Below are positions 30,732-41,900 of a DNA stretch of 64,000 nt, in pieces. The stretch comes from an uncultured Actinomycetes bacterium (lineage in GTDB: Bacteria; Actinomycetota; Thermoleophilia; Gaiellales; JAICJC01). Numbering within the stretch: position 1 is the first letter of the stretch; each line of letters opens with the position of its first letter. Under the pieces are notes generated by a model. It made no database searches. It was not told the DNA's origin and saw nothing but the letters and a program-made list of their open reading frames with translations. The translations under genes were made by a program, and so were the position numbers. The stretch lies in NCBI GenBank assembly GCA_963744065.1, contig CAVUSN010000001.1, positions 217,659 through 281,658 on the forward strand, in the 5' to 3' direction.

Positions 30732-32268
30732 GCGTCACCAGCCGGCGCGCGCGGAGAATCCGCTGCGGGTCGGGCTGCGGGTGGGCGGCGCCACGCGAGC
30801 CGACGCTGTTCACGATCTATCGGCGCGACCGGCGACCTCGCCCAGCGCAAGCTGCTGCCGGCCATCTACAACCTGGCGCGTGCGCGGCCTGCTGCCGGCC
30901 CAGCTTCGCGGCTGATCGGCTACGCCCGCACGGAGATGACCGACGACGAGTTCCGCAGGTTCGCCAAGGCCGCCATCGAGTCCCACTCGCGCACGCCGGT
31001 CGACGAGCGCTACTGGCCTGCGTTCGCGTCCATGCTGCACTACCAGGCCGGCGGCTTCGACGACGACGCGCACTTCCACGACTGGCGACGCGGCTGGACG
31101 AGCTCGGCGAGCATGCCGGCGGCGGCACCAGGGCAACCGCGTGTTCTACCTGTCCACGCCGTCCAGCTTCTTCCCGGTGATCGTGCGCGGGATGGGCGGC
31201 GGCCAAGCTGAACCGCCGCCGAGGTCTCGCAGGTGCGGGTGGTGATCGAGAAGCCGTTCGGGCACGACCTGGAGTCGGCCCGCGAGCTGGCCGAGCATCG
31301 TGCACCGCGCGGTTCCAGGAGCGCGCAGATCTTCCGCATCGACCACTACCTGGGCAAGGAGACCGTCCAGAACATCTTCGCGTTCCGCTTCGCCAATGCG
31401 ATCTTCGAGCCGATCTGGAACCACCGCTACGTCGACCACGTGCAGCTGACCGTGGCCGAGTCGATCGGGGTCGAGCACCGGGCCGGCCTTCTACGAGGAG
31501 ACGGGGGTCGTCCGCGACATCGTCCAGAACCACCTGCTGCAGGTGCTGGCGCTGGTGGCGATGGAGCCGCCGGCGGCCTTCGACGCCGAGTCGGTGCGCG
31601 ACGAGAAGACCAAGCTGCTGCGGGCGGTCCGGCCGATGACGTTCGAGAACGCGGTGCGCGGCCAGTACGCGGCCGGCTACGTGGCCGGCGACGAGGCGGC
31701 GGCATACACGCACCGAGCCGCAGGTGCCCGCGGATACCACGACGCCCACCTACATCGCCGCCAAGCTCGAGATCGACAACTGGCGCTGGGCGGGCACGCC
31801 GTTCTACATCCGCGCCGGCAAGCGCCTGGCCAAGCGCGTGACCGAGGTGGCGGTGCAGTTCCGGCGGCCGCCGCATCTGCCCTTCCCGACGATGCGGCCG
31901 AGCACCTCGAGGCCAACTCGCTGGTGCTGCGGATCCAGCCCGACGAGGGCATCTCGCTGCGCTTCGGCGCCAAGGCGCCCAACGCCGACGCTCTCGATCC
32001 GCACCGTCAACATGGACTTCCTGTACGGCTCGTCCTTCCTGACCGACGTGCCCGAGGCGTACGAGACGCTGATCCTGGATGCGATCCGCGGCGACGGCAC
32101 GCTGTTCACGCGTCAGGACGGCGTCGAGCGGGCGTGGGAGATCTGCGACCCGCTGCTCGACCAGTGGCAGTCCGGACAGCCCCAGCTCGTACCCGTCCGG
32201 GCTCGTGGGGCCCGGACGCGTCGGACGAGCTGCTGGCTCGCGACGGCCGGCGCTGGCGGCGGCCGTGA
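30728..32268 (+). pseudogene. zwf: glucose-6-phosphate dehydrogenase, multiple frameshifts
   Basis: GTG overlaps the tal stop (GTGA). Fragments lie in all three frames: ..GDLAQRKLLPAIYNLA.., [99 protein letters not shown]. Confidence 0.9.
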
Positions 32269-33177
32269 GCACCGTCACCGACGGCGGTCGGTCGACCTGG
32301 CGGAGGTCGAGCAGCGCGCTGGCCAGGCTGCGCGGCGGCGAGTCACGGCGCCAGCGTGCGGGCGACCACGCTCAACCTGATGGTGTACGCGCCCACCGCC
32401 GAGGCGGTCGCGCACGGCGAGCGTGCTCTGAACGGCATCGGCGGCAGCCGGCCGCTGCGCGCGCTGGTGCTGACCCCGGGCGAGGGCCGGCCCACGGCCA
32501 GGGTCTCCAGTTCGTGCTGGCGGCGTCGACCGGCCGGAGATGTGCTCAGCGAGCAGGTCGTGATTCAGGCCGACCCGGCGGCGCTGCCCAGCTCGGTGGT
32601 GCCGCTGCTGGTGCCCGATCTGCCGGTGTTCCTCTGGTGGCGGGGCCGCATCGACGACGACCGTCGCTGCTCGAGGAGCTGAGCGAGCTGGCGACCCGGC
32701 TGATCGTGGACTCCGACCAGTGCGGCGATCGACTGCGTCGAGCGCGTCGCGCTGACCCCGGCCCTGGCCGACCTGGCCTGGGCGCGGCTGTCGCCCTGGC
32801 GGGAGGCACTGGCGGCGCTGTTCGACCGCCCAGCGGCCTGCGCGGCCTCAAGCATGCGACGGCGGTGGAGGTGCGCGGGCCGGCCGACGAGGCGCGGCTG
32901 CTGGCGGGCTGGCTGCGCTCGCGGCTCGACCGCCAGGTGGGGCTCGACAACTCGGGCAAGCCCAAGCACCTGGAGCGGGTGGCCGTGGCCGGGCATGACG
33001 CCGGCTGTCGGTGGAACGCTCCGGGCGCACCGGCGTCGGCAGGGCGATTGGCCCCGACGGCCTGGAGCACCCGGTCGCCTTCTGCCGCGCCGGGAGTGGG
33101 CAGGATGGTGGCCGCCGAGCTGCGATCGGCTGGGCTCGGACGCCGTGTTCGAGGCGTCGCTGGCGGCGGCCGGCTGA
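32265..33177 (+). pseudogene. opcA: glucose-6-phosphate dehydrogenase assembly protein OpcA, multiple frameshifts
   Basis: GTGA overlap with the zwf stop, in the canonical position after zwf. Fragments: RATTLNLMVYAPT.., ..VVPLLVPDLPVFLWWRG.., ..ATRLIVDS.., ..AWARLSPWREALAALFD.., ..EARLLAGWLRSRL.. spread over the frames. Confidence 0.8.
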
Positions 33178-33180
33178 GCG

Positions 33181-33977
33181 GTGTCGGCGGCCGACAGCTT
33201 CCGGGTATCGGCGCAGGCTTACGACCGCCACGTCGGCCGATACGGGGAACAGCTGGCGGCCGAACTGATCGCGTTCGCCGACGTCCGGGGAGGCATGCGG
33301 GCGCTCGACGTGGGCTGCGGGCCGGGCGCGCTGACCAGCGCGCTGGCGGAACTGCTGGGCCCCGAGCAGGTGTCGGCGGCCGATCCCTCGGAGTCCTTTG
33401 CGGCAGCCTGCAGAGCGCGGCTGCCACAGGTCGAGGTGGTGGTCGCCTCGGCGGAGGCGCTGCCCTTCGCAGACCGGACGCTTCGAAGCGGCGCTCTCGC
33501 AGCTGGTCGTGAACTTCATCCCGGACGACCCGGAGGCAGGCCTGCGTGAGATGGCGCGGGTCACCCGTGCTGGCGGCGTCCTGGCGCGTGCGTGTGGGAC
33601 TACGCGGGCGAGATGACGCTCCTGCGCGCGTTCTGGGACGCCGCCCGGGAGGTCGATCCGGTGCGCGCCGCCGCTGCCGACGAGGGAGTCGTCATGCGCT
33701 GGTGCGGCGAGGGCGAGTTGGCCGAGTTGTGGCGGCAGGCGGGTCTGCAGGGCGTGCGCTTCGGCCAGCTCGTGGTACGCGCCAGCTACACCGACTTCGA
33801 GGATCTGTGGTCCCCGCTGCTATGCGGCGTCGCGCCCTCCGGCGCGTTCTGCATGTCACTCGACGGCGATCGCCGGGCCGCCCTGCACGACGCGTATCGC
33901 GTCCGGCTGGGAGTGGGGGCGGACCCTTTTGAACGACCGCCCGGGCATGGGCGGTCGCCGGCACTGTCGCTAGCTGA
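33181..33977 (+). pseudogene. class I SAM-dependent methyltransferase, frameshifted
   Basis: ..VLDVGCGPGALT.. (ORF 33181), then ..FEAALSQLVVNFIPD..MARVTRAGGVL (ORF 33398), then ..WDYAGEMTLLRAFW..SYTDFEDLW.. (ORF 33592), and a last shift before the inferred stop at 33975-33977. Confidence 0.75.
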
Positions 33978-34642
33978 CGGGGTGCGAGGCGTCGGTGAAC
34001 TCGCGGAACTCGCCGGTCACCAGGTACGCCGTACGCTCGCCGATGTCGACGGCGTTGTCGCCGATCCGCTCCAGGCAGCGGCCGATCACGATCGCCCGCA
34101 GCCCGGCCTCGGAGTCGCGCTCGTTGCCGCCAGCCTCCTGATCTGCCGGGCCAGCCCGTGGTGGTCGCGGTTGATCACCTGGTCCAGCTCCACCAGCGGC
34201 TCGGCCCGGACCACGTCGCGGGCTCCGAACGCCTCCATCGCCTGTTGCAGCATGGCCCCGGCCTGATCGCCCATCATCGTGAACGCGCGGGCAGCTCCAA
34301 CGGGAAGGTCGTCCCGTTCAGCAGCAGCAGCAGCTTGGCGATGTTGACGCACTGATCGCCGATCCGCTCCAGGTGCTGGTTGATGTGGATCATGGCCAGC
34401 ACCAGCCGCAGGTCGATGGCCACCGGTGACTGGCGGGCCAAGAGCGACTCGATGTTCCCCTCGATGCGCACGTAGAGCGCGTCCACCTCGTCGTCGGCGG
34501 CGATCACCGCCTTCGCCCGCTCCACATTGCCGGAGCTCAGGGACAGCATCACCTCGTCCAGCGAACGCCGGCACAACCGGCCCTCGTCCTGGATCAGAGC
34601 CTCGATCTCGTCCAGCTCGTGCTGGAAGGTCTCCCGTGGCAT
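33970..34642 (-). pseudogene. phoU: phosphate signalling/transport regulator PhoU, frameshifted
   Basis: MPRETFQHELDEIEALI..AADDEVDALY..AIDLRLVLAMIHINQHLERIGDQCVNIAK (ORF 34274-34747), then ..AMLQQAMEAF..LVELDQVIN.. (ORF 34086-34661), then ..LERIGDNAVDIGERTAYLVTGEF in a third frame. Confidence 0.85.
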
Positions 34643-34681
34643 GCGCGAGAGAATATGCCACTGCGCAGGCCGGCGGCGGCT

Positions 34682-34714
34682 GTTCACCGCTACTTCACCA
34701 CCCCTGCACCGCCG
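34682..34714 (+). promoter_or_regulatory. PHO box: three tandem 11-nt direct repeat units (GTTCACCGCTA CTTCACCACCC CTGCACCGCCG)
   Basis: Read directly in the phoU-pstS divergent gap. The GTTCACC core and 11-nt phasing match the PhoP-binding PHO boxes described for Streptomyces pstS/phoU promoters. Confidence 0.6.
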
Positions 34715-34785
34715 GATAACCCCCGCCCAGGCGGTGTGCCTCCACAATCGATCCGACGATGTTCCGAACGACGGAGGGTGTGCGC

Positions 34786-35865
34786 ATGCTTAGTGTGAAG
34801 AACGCGACAGTTCTGTCGCTGGCGGTCGCCGCGGTAGTCGCCGCGAGCGCGTGCGGCTCGAGTTCGAGCAGTACCACGACCGTCACGTCCACGGCCTCCA
34901 ACGGTCAGAGCGGGGGTTCGAGCAAGGCCCTGAGCGGCGCCGGCAGCACCTTCGTGGCCCCGCTGGTGGCCCAGTGGGAGGCCGATTACGTGAAGAGTCC
35001 GGCGGCCGTCACCATCACCTACGGCGCTGTCGGGAGCGGTAGCGGCATCGATGCGATCACGGCCAGGACGGTCGATTTCGGCGCCAGCGACGCCCCGCTG
35101 ACGCCCGACCAGGTGACCGCCTGCAAGGGCTGCGTGCAGATCGGGTGGGCGCTGGGAGCGACCACGATCGACTACAACGTCAAGGGCGCGCCGAACCACC
35201 TGAAGCTGACCGGTAAGGTGCTCGCTGACATCTTCCTGGGCAACATCAAGACCTGGAACGATCCGGCGATTGCCCACCTGAATCCCGGTGTCAGCCTGCC
35301 GTCAACGCATATCACGCCGATCTACCGCAGCGACGGCTCGGGTACCAGCTTCGTGTTCACGGACTACCTGTCCTCGGTTGACCCGGAGTGGTCGAGCAAG
35401 GTCGGAGCCTCCACCCAGCCGACATTCCCGGTGGGCACCGGGGCCGAGCACAGCTCGGGCGTGGTCGCGGCCATGCAGGCGACCGACGGCGGCATCACAT
35501 ACGCCGAGACTTCGTACGTCGCGGCGGACAAGCTCGACGATGCGCTGATCCAGAACGCGGCGGGGAACTATCCGGACCCGGCGAACAACGGCGCGGTGCT
35601 GGCGGCGGCCAAGGTGGGGACGACCCGCCCCGACGGCACGATCAAGCTGGTTGATCCTCCCGCTTCCGCGGCCAACGCGTACCCGCTTTCGACCTATACC
35701 TACGTGATCGTCCCCAAGGACTCTCCGAAGGGGCCGGTACTCCAGGCGTTCCTGAAGTACGCCATCAGCAAGGCGGGACAGGCGCTCGGCGAGCCGATCG
35801 GCTACCCGCCGCTGCCCGCCAACGTGGTTGCGAGCGACGAGCAACTGATCGCCGAGATCCACTAG
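34786..35865 (+). CDS. pstS: phosphate ABC transporter substrate-binding lipoprotein
   Basis: ATG 34786 follows GGAGGG. Lipobox VAASAC. ..GAGSTFVAPL..YGAVGSGSGI..DFGASDAP..YRSDGSGTS.. are PstS signatures. Confidence 0.93.
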   Translation: MLSVKNATVLSLAVAAVVAASACGSSSSSTTTVTSTASNGQSGGSSKALSGAGSTFVAPLVAQWEADYVKSPAAVTITYGAVGSGSGIDAITARTVDFGASDAPLTPDQVTACKGCVQIGWALGATTIDYNVKGAPNHLKLTGKVLADIFLGNIKTWNDPAIAHLNPGVSLPSTHITPIYRSDGSGTSFVFTDYLSSVDPEWSSKVGASTQPTFPVGTGAEHSSGVVAAMQATDGGITYAETSYVAADKLDDALIQNAAGNYPDPANNGAVLAAAKVGTTRPDGTIKLVDPPASAANAYPLSTYTYVIVPKDSPKGPVLQAFLKYAISKAGQALGEPIGYPPLPANVVASDEQLIAEIH

Positions 35866-35874
35866 CCGTTTGGA

Positions 35875-35908
35875 GTCGTGGGGGTGCGCGCGGGGCGCCC
35901 CCCACGAC
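35875..35908 (+). terminator. GC-rich stem-loop between pstS and pstC (attenuator or mRNA-stabilising hairpin)
   Basis: GTCGTGGGGG (35875-84) pairs with CCCCCACGAC (35899-908) around a 14-nt loop. There is no T-tract. Confidence 0.45.
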
Positions 35909-35966
35909 CCGGCGTTAGGGTGGCGGAAGCGTTCCGAGAACGGCAGGTAGATACCAATGAATCAGC

Positions 35967-36938
35967 TTGATCATGGCGACTAGGGCTGAGGCTCAGCACC
36001 CGCTGCTGGGTTCCCGCCGGCCACGGCTTGGTGATCTGGGCCTGCGCCTCGTGTCCGGTACGGCGGTGGCGGTCGCGCTGCTGACGATCGCCTTGCTGAT
36101 CTACGAGGTTGTGCGCGGCGCCAGGCTGAGCATCTCTGCGTTCGGGCTGGGCTTCGTCACCTCGTCGGACTGGAACGCTGTCACCAACAAGTTCGGCGCG
36201 CTCTACCTGCTCGAGGGCACGCTGCTGACGGCGGTGTTCGCCCTGATCATCGCGGTGCCGGCCTCGATCGCGATCGGGCTCTTCCTGAGTGAGTTGGCAC
36301 CCCGTGCCCTGCGCGCCCCCGTCGGCATGCTGATCGAGCTGCTGGCGGCGATTCCAAGCGTTGTCCTCGGTCTGTGGGGAATCGTCGTGCTGGGGCCGTT
36401 CGTGGCCTCCGACCTGGAGCCGTGGCTGCACCGCCATCTCGGCTTCATCCCGCTTTTCTCCGACTATCCGTCGAACGTGGGCGTGCTGCCGGCGTGCCTG
36501 GTGCTCACGATCATGATCGTGCCGATCGTCTCCAGCATCAGCCGGGAGCTTTTCAACAGCGTCCCCAGAGACCTCAAGGAGGGGGCGCTCGCGCTCGGGG
36601 CGACCCGCTGGGAGATGATGCGCAGCGTCGCCATCCCCCAGGTCAGCGCCGGCCTGGTTGCTGCGGTCATGCTCGGGTTTGCACGGGCAACCGGCGAGGC
36701 GATCGCGGTAGCCCAGGTGATCGGCAGCCACAACGCCTCGCCCTTCGGGTCGGTGTTCAAGCCGGCCGGCACCATGGCGGCGTGGATCGCGACCCAGTTC
36801 AACGGCACCGCCACCGACCTGCAGCGCTCATCGCTGTACTACCTGGCTGCGATCCTGCTGGTGCTCAGCCTGATCACGAATCTGGCGGCGCAGCTGATCG
36901 TCAGGCGGATCCGAAGGCGGATGGGGCTGCTCGCATGA
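35967..36938 (+). CDS. pstC: phosphate ABC transporter permease PstC
   Basis: Intact ORF (TTG 35967 or ATG 35973). EAA-type loop ..DLKEGALALGATRWEMM... Confidence 0.93.
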   Translation: MIMATRAEAQHPLLGSRRPRLGDLGLRLVSGTAVAVALLTIALLIYEVVRGARLSISAFGLGFVTSSDWNAVTNKFGALYLLEGTLLTAVFALIIAVPASIAIGLFLSELAPRALRAPVGMLIELLAAIPSVVLGLWGIVVLGPFVASDLEPWLHRHLGFIPLFSDYPSNVGVLPACLVLTIMIVPIVSSISRELFNSVPRDLKEGALALGATRWEMMRSVAIPQVSAGLVAAVMLGFARATGEAIAVAQVIGSHNASPFGSVFKPAGTMAAWIATQFNGTATDLQRSSLYYLAAILLVLSLITNLAAQLIVRRIRRRMGLLA

Positions 36939-37828
36939 CCGCGGATGCTTCCATGTTCGTCGCCAATACGCCCCGCGCTCGCCGTCGCAGGCTCTCGGGC
37001 AGGGTCATGGAAATCGTCTGCACGCTGGCCGCCGTGCTGGCCATCCTCGTGCTGGTCCTCGTTGTCTATGCGGTTGCGCGCCGTGGCCTGCCGGCTCTCA
37101 GCACGACCTTCTTCACCGCAGTCCCGGGCACGGACGCCTTCGGAAACCCGACCGGCGGCATCGCCAACTCGATCGTGGGCACCGTCATCATCACCGCCAT
37201 CGCCACCGCGATAGCCGTCCCGATCGGGGTGCTGATCGCGATCTTCAACACCGAGTTCGCCTCCCCCAAGGCGGCCGAGACCACTCGATTGATGCTCAAC
37301 ATTCTGGCGGGAATCCCGACCGTCGTGATCGGCGTGTTCATCTTCGGGCTGCTTGTGGTCGGCAGCGGCTACAGCGCGTTCGCGGGCTCGGTGGCCCTCT
37401 CGATTGTGATGGTCCCGGTGATCGCTCGCTCAACGGAAGAGGTGCTTGCGCTGGTGCCGGTCCAGCTTCGCGAGGGCGGCATGGCCCTGGGTGCAAGCCG
37501 CGCGCGAACCGCAGTCACGATCATCCTGCCGACAGCTGTGGGAGGGATTGTGACGGCGACGATCCTCGCGGTGGCCCGCGCAGCTGGCGAGACGGCACCG
37601 CTCCTGTTCACGAGTTCGATCTTCGCCAACGCTGTAACGACCGACCCGTCCCACGCGATGGGTTCGCTCCCACTGACCATCTACTTTGACTCCGAGCAAC
37701 CCAGTCAATACGCTCAGCAGCAGGCCTGGGCGGCGGCACTGGTGCTGATGGGTGTCGTCCTGATCGCAGCGATCGCGGGTCGGCTTCTCTCGCTTCGAAG
37801 CCGTCGCCAAATCGAAAGGGCGCGATGA
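36935..37828 (+). CDS. pstA: phosphate ABC transporter permease PstA
   Basis: ATG 36935 overlaps the pstC stop (ATGA). ..[30 protein letters not shown].. are PstA signatures. Confidence 0.93.
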   Translation: MTADASMFVANTPRARRRRLSGRVMEIVCTLAAVLAILVLVLVVYAVARRGLPALSTTFFTAVPGTDAFGNPTGGIANSIVGTVIITAIATAIAVPIGVLIAIFNTEFASPKAAETTRLMLNILAGIPTVVIGVFIFGLLVVGSGYSAFAGSVALSIVMVPVIARSTEEVLALVPVQLREGGMALGASRARTAVTIILPTAVGGIVTATILAVARAAGETAPLLFTSSIFANAVTTDPSHAMGSLPLTIYFDSEQPSQYAQQQAWAAALVLMGVVLIAAIAGRLLSLRSRRQIERAR

Positions 37829-38748
37829 CCATCGACGATCCAACGAAGAAACCGACCAGCCGTGAATCCTCTGCACCGATGGGAGAGGGCGAAGATGTCG
37901 TGCTTGCGCGGTCGCAGGCCAAGCTGGCGGAGCTTGCCGTGAGCCATGGAACCGATCCAGACGAGGGGCGCGAAGTGGTCTTCGAGCTGGAGGGCGTCCA
38001 GGTTTCCTACTCTGGAACGGTCGCAGTCCGCGATGTGTCCATGTCCATGCCCAAGAACCTGGTCACGGCCTTCATCGGTCCGTCCGGTTGCGGCAAGACC
38101 ACGCTGCTGCGGACGCTCAACCGCATGAACGACCTGATCAACGGAGCCGAGGTGACGGGGTCGATCCGCTACCACGGGCACGATCTGAACGCCGCCGGGA
38201 TCGATCCGGTCGAGGTGCGGCGGCGGATCGGGATGGTGTTCCAGCAGCCCAACCCGTTCCCCAAGTCGATCTTCGACAACGTGGCCTTCGGGCTGCGCCT
38301 GCACGGCATGACGCGACGACCTGAACGACCGGGTGGAGAAGGCGCTGACGCCACGCCGCGCTGTGGGACGAGGTCAAGGACCGGCTGAAGACGACAGCGT
38401 CTGGGCCTGTCCGGCGGCCAGCAGCAGCGGCTGTGCATCGCCCGCGCGCTGGCCATCGAGCCGGACGTGCTCCTGATGGACGAGCCGGCCTCGGCGCTCG
38501 ACCCGATCGCCACCCAGCGGATCGAGGATCTGGTCGCGCAGCTGAAGTCCGAGTACACGATCGTGATCGTCACCCACAACATGCAGCAGGCCGCTCGGGT
38601 GGCCGACATGACGGCCTTCTTCAGCGTGGACGTGAACGAGGGCGGCAAGCGCTGCGGCATCCTGGTCGAGCACGGCGCCACGGCCGACATCTTCACCAAG
38701 CCGGCCGACGAGCGCACTGAGGCGTACGTCACCGGCCGCTTCGGCTAG
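37825..38748 (+). pseudogene. pstB: phosphate ABC transporter ATP-binding protein PstB, frameshifted
   Basis: Walker [10 protein letters not shown] and the Q-loop lie in ORF 37825-38388. The signature [14 protein letters not shown], Walker [12 protein letters not shown] and the H-loop VTHNMQQA lie in ORF 38467-38748. At least three frame changes occur between about 38300 and 38460. Confidence 0.9.
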
Positions 38749-38785
38749 GACGGCTGCAAACCTTCGCCTCGGTGCGTCCTCCGTC

Positions 38786-38810
38786 GCCCCGGTATTTCCG
38801 ATACCGGGGC
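38786..38810 (+). terminator. stem-loop after pstB (GCCCCGGTAT-TTCCG-ATACCGGGGC)
   Basis: 10-bp perfect stem with a 5-nt loop, 38 nt after the pstB stop. It is flanked by the direct repeat GTGCGTCCT (38772-38780 and 38814-38822). No U-tract. Confidence 0.5.
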
Positions 38811-38901
38811 TCCGTGCGTCCTTCCGATGCTCGGTTTTCGCTCGTCCTACGGGCGGCCGGTTGCAGCCGGGGGGCCGCCCGGCCCGATACCATCTGATTT
38901 C

Positions 38902-41900
38902 GTGAGCAGCCAGTCGCAGGCCGCGGCCGCCGCGCAACCGGATGAGTCCGGCACGGCGCTGGCGGATCGCCTGCTCGCCCAGCTCGACACGCCGCGCTCT
39001 GGCCCGCTGGCCGAGTTCGCCCGGGCCTACGTACGGCGCGCGCCCGCCACCCTGGTCCAGGAGGTGGACGTGCACGACCTGGCCGCCCAGGTTGCCAGTG
39101 CGTTCGAGTTCATGTCCAACCGCTCGCCCGGCCACCTGGCGGTGCGCGTGTTCCGGCCCGACCGGGAGCAGGACGGCTACGACTGCCCCGGCAGCGTGGT
39201 CGAGGTGAACGTCGAGGATCAGCCGTTCCTGGTCGACACGGTGACCGACGAGATGCACGCCCACGGCCTGGGTGTGCGGCTGGTCGTGCACCCCGTGATC
39301 GGGGTCGAGCGCGACGGATCCGGCGTGGCTGACGGCCGTCACCCCGGCTCGCGGCGCGCCGCATCGGGAGTCGGTCATGCACTTCGAGATCGACCGCGCG
39401 TCTGACCGAGCCCGAGGTCGAGCAGCTGGCGGCGGGGCTGCGCCGTGTGCTGGGCGAACTGGCGCTGGCCGTGCGCGATTTCCTACCGATGGTCGACCGG
39501 GTGGAGCGGATGATGGAGGTGGCCGGCGGTGCCGGTGGCACGCTACTCGCGTGACGAGATCGCAGGAGTCGGTGGCGTTCCTGCAGTGGCTGACCGACGA
39601 CAACTTCGTCTACCTCGGCTACCGCGAGTACGAGATCACCGGCGAGGGCGATGACGGCCTGCTGCGCACGATCCCCGACTCCGGCCTGGGCGTCCTGTCC
39701 GACGCGGCCCGGTCGGGGTTCGCCCAGGGCGTGCGGATTGGCGACCTGCCGGCCGAGCATCCGTGCCCGGCTGGAAGACGGCCCGCTGGTGCTGATCTCC
39801 AAGACCAATCGCGAGATCGACCGTCCACCGCCCGGGCAAGATGGACTACATCGGCGTCAAGCGGGTCGAGGGCGGCCGGGTGGTCGGCGAGCTGCGGATG
39901 ATCGGGCTCTTCACCAGCAAGACCTACGCCGAGTCGGCGCGCACCATCCCGCTGGTGCGCCGAAAGCTGGACGCGATCATGGAGCTGGGAGGACCTGTTC
40001 GCCGGCTCGCACGACTACAAGGCCGTGGTCGCGATCTTCGAGAGCTTCCCCAAGGACGAGCTGTTCGCCGCAACCGCCGAGCGAGTTGCGCGGGATGGTG
40101 ATGGCGCTGCTGGGCATGCAGGAGCACCGGTGGCGTGCGGCTGTTCGTGCGCCGACGACCGCGGCGGCCGGACGGTGTCGGCGCTGGTGGCGCTGCCGCC
40201 GCGATCACGTGTCGACGGAACTGCGGGTGAAGCTCGAGCATCTGCTGGAGGAGCGGTTCCGGGCCACGTCGGTCGAGTACCATCTGTCCGCCGACACCGA
40301 CCCGGCCTGGTTCCACTTCGCCGTCCACGCGCCGGAGGGCGAGCTGGCCGACGTGGATCTGGAGGCGCTCGAACACGACGTGGTGGAGGCCGCCCGGACG
40401 TGGGACGACCGCCTCTCAGACGCCCTCTCCGAGCAGCTCGGGGCGGCGGCCGGTCATCGCCTGGCGCGCCGCTACGGCAGCGCTCTTCCCCGACTACTAC
40501 AAGAGCGGCCAGGCCGGTCTACAGGCGGTCTTCGACGTCATCGCAGTTCGAACGCCTGGGGCCCGACACGCCATACGTGATCGCGCTCCAGAACGAGCGC
40601 GACATGGCCGAGCCGGCCGACCCGCCTGAAGCTGTACAAGACCGGCGGGAAGGCTCCCCTGACCGATCTGCTGCCGCTGCTTCGAGCAGCTGGGGCTGAC
40701 GGTCGTCGAGGAGGTGCCGACGCGTCTGCAGGGCGACCTCGGCCAGGGCCGCTACCTGCACGACTTCGGGGTGGTTGGGCCGGACGGCGCGCCGCTCGAC
40801 CTCGATCGGCTGGGCACGCTGGTGGCCGACACGGTGGGCGCGGTGTGGGACGGCCGGGCTGGCTCCGACTGGCTGAACCGGCTGGTGGTGGTCGGCCAGT
40901 TGGGCTGGCGCCAGGTTTCCATCCTGCGCGCCTACCGCGAGTACCGCCAGGTGCTGGGCGCCCAGTTCACCAGCCGCTACCAGAACGACTGCCTGGTCCG
41001 CAAACCACCAGATCGCAGGTAAGCTGCTGGAGCTGTTCGAGTGCGGTTCGACCCCTCCAGGCCCGAGGAGGACGACCGGGCGGCGGCGCTCGAGGAGCAG
41101 ATCCTGGCCGACCTGGATGCTGTCGTCAGCCTGGACGACGACCGCATTCTGCGCGGCTTCCTGGGCCTGATCCAGGCCACCGTGCGCACCAACGCGTACG
41201 TGCGCGGCGGCCAGAGTGAGCACATCTCGTTCAAGTTCCGGTGCGCGGACGTGCCCGGCATGCCCAAGCCGGTGCCGCTGTGGGAGATCTTCGTGTTCTC
41301 GCCAGAGATGGAGGGCGTGCACCTGCGGGGCGGATTCGTGGCCCGCGGCGGGATCCGCTGGTCTGACCGGCTCGAGGACTACCGCACCGAGATCCTGGGC
41401 CTGATGAAGGCGCAGATGGTCAAGAACGCCGTGATCGTCCCGGTGGGCGCGAAGGGCGGGTTCGTGCTCAAACGCCCTCCGGCCGACCGGGCCGAGCTGC
41501 TCGAGGAGGAGCGCCGTCAGTACATCACGCTGATGCGTGGCATGCTCGACCTGACCGACAACATCGTCGGCGGCGAGATCGTGCACCCGCCCGACGTTCG
41601 AGTACTGGACGAGGTGGGCGACGCCTACCTGGTGGTGGCCGCCGACAAGGGCACGGCTCATCTGTCGGACACGGCCAACGAGGTCAGTGCCGAGTACGGG
41701 CACTGGCTGGGCGACGCCTTCGCCTCCGGGGGCTCGACCGGCTACGACCACAAGGCGCTTGGCATCACCGCCCGGGGCGCCTGGGAGAGCGTGCAAGCGC
41801 CACTTCCGCGAGTTGGGCCGCGACGTTATGACCGAGCCCGTTCACCGTCGTCGGCATCGGCGACATGTCGGGAGACGTGTTCGGCAACGGCATGCTGCTT

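Noticed and set aside
37825-37980. An approx 50-residue N-terminal extension of PstB relative to typical PstB.
   Set aside because: It may simply reflect an internal start (for example ATG 37879) or a lineage-specific tail. The ATGA coupling to pstA favours 37825, but nothing functional can be inferred.
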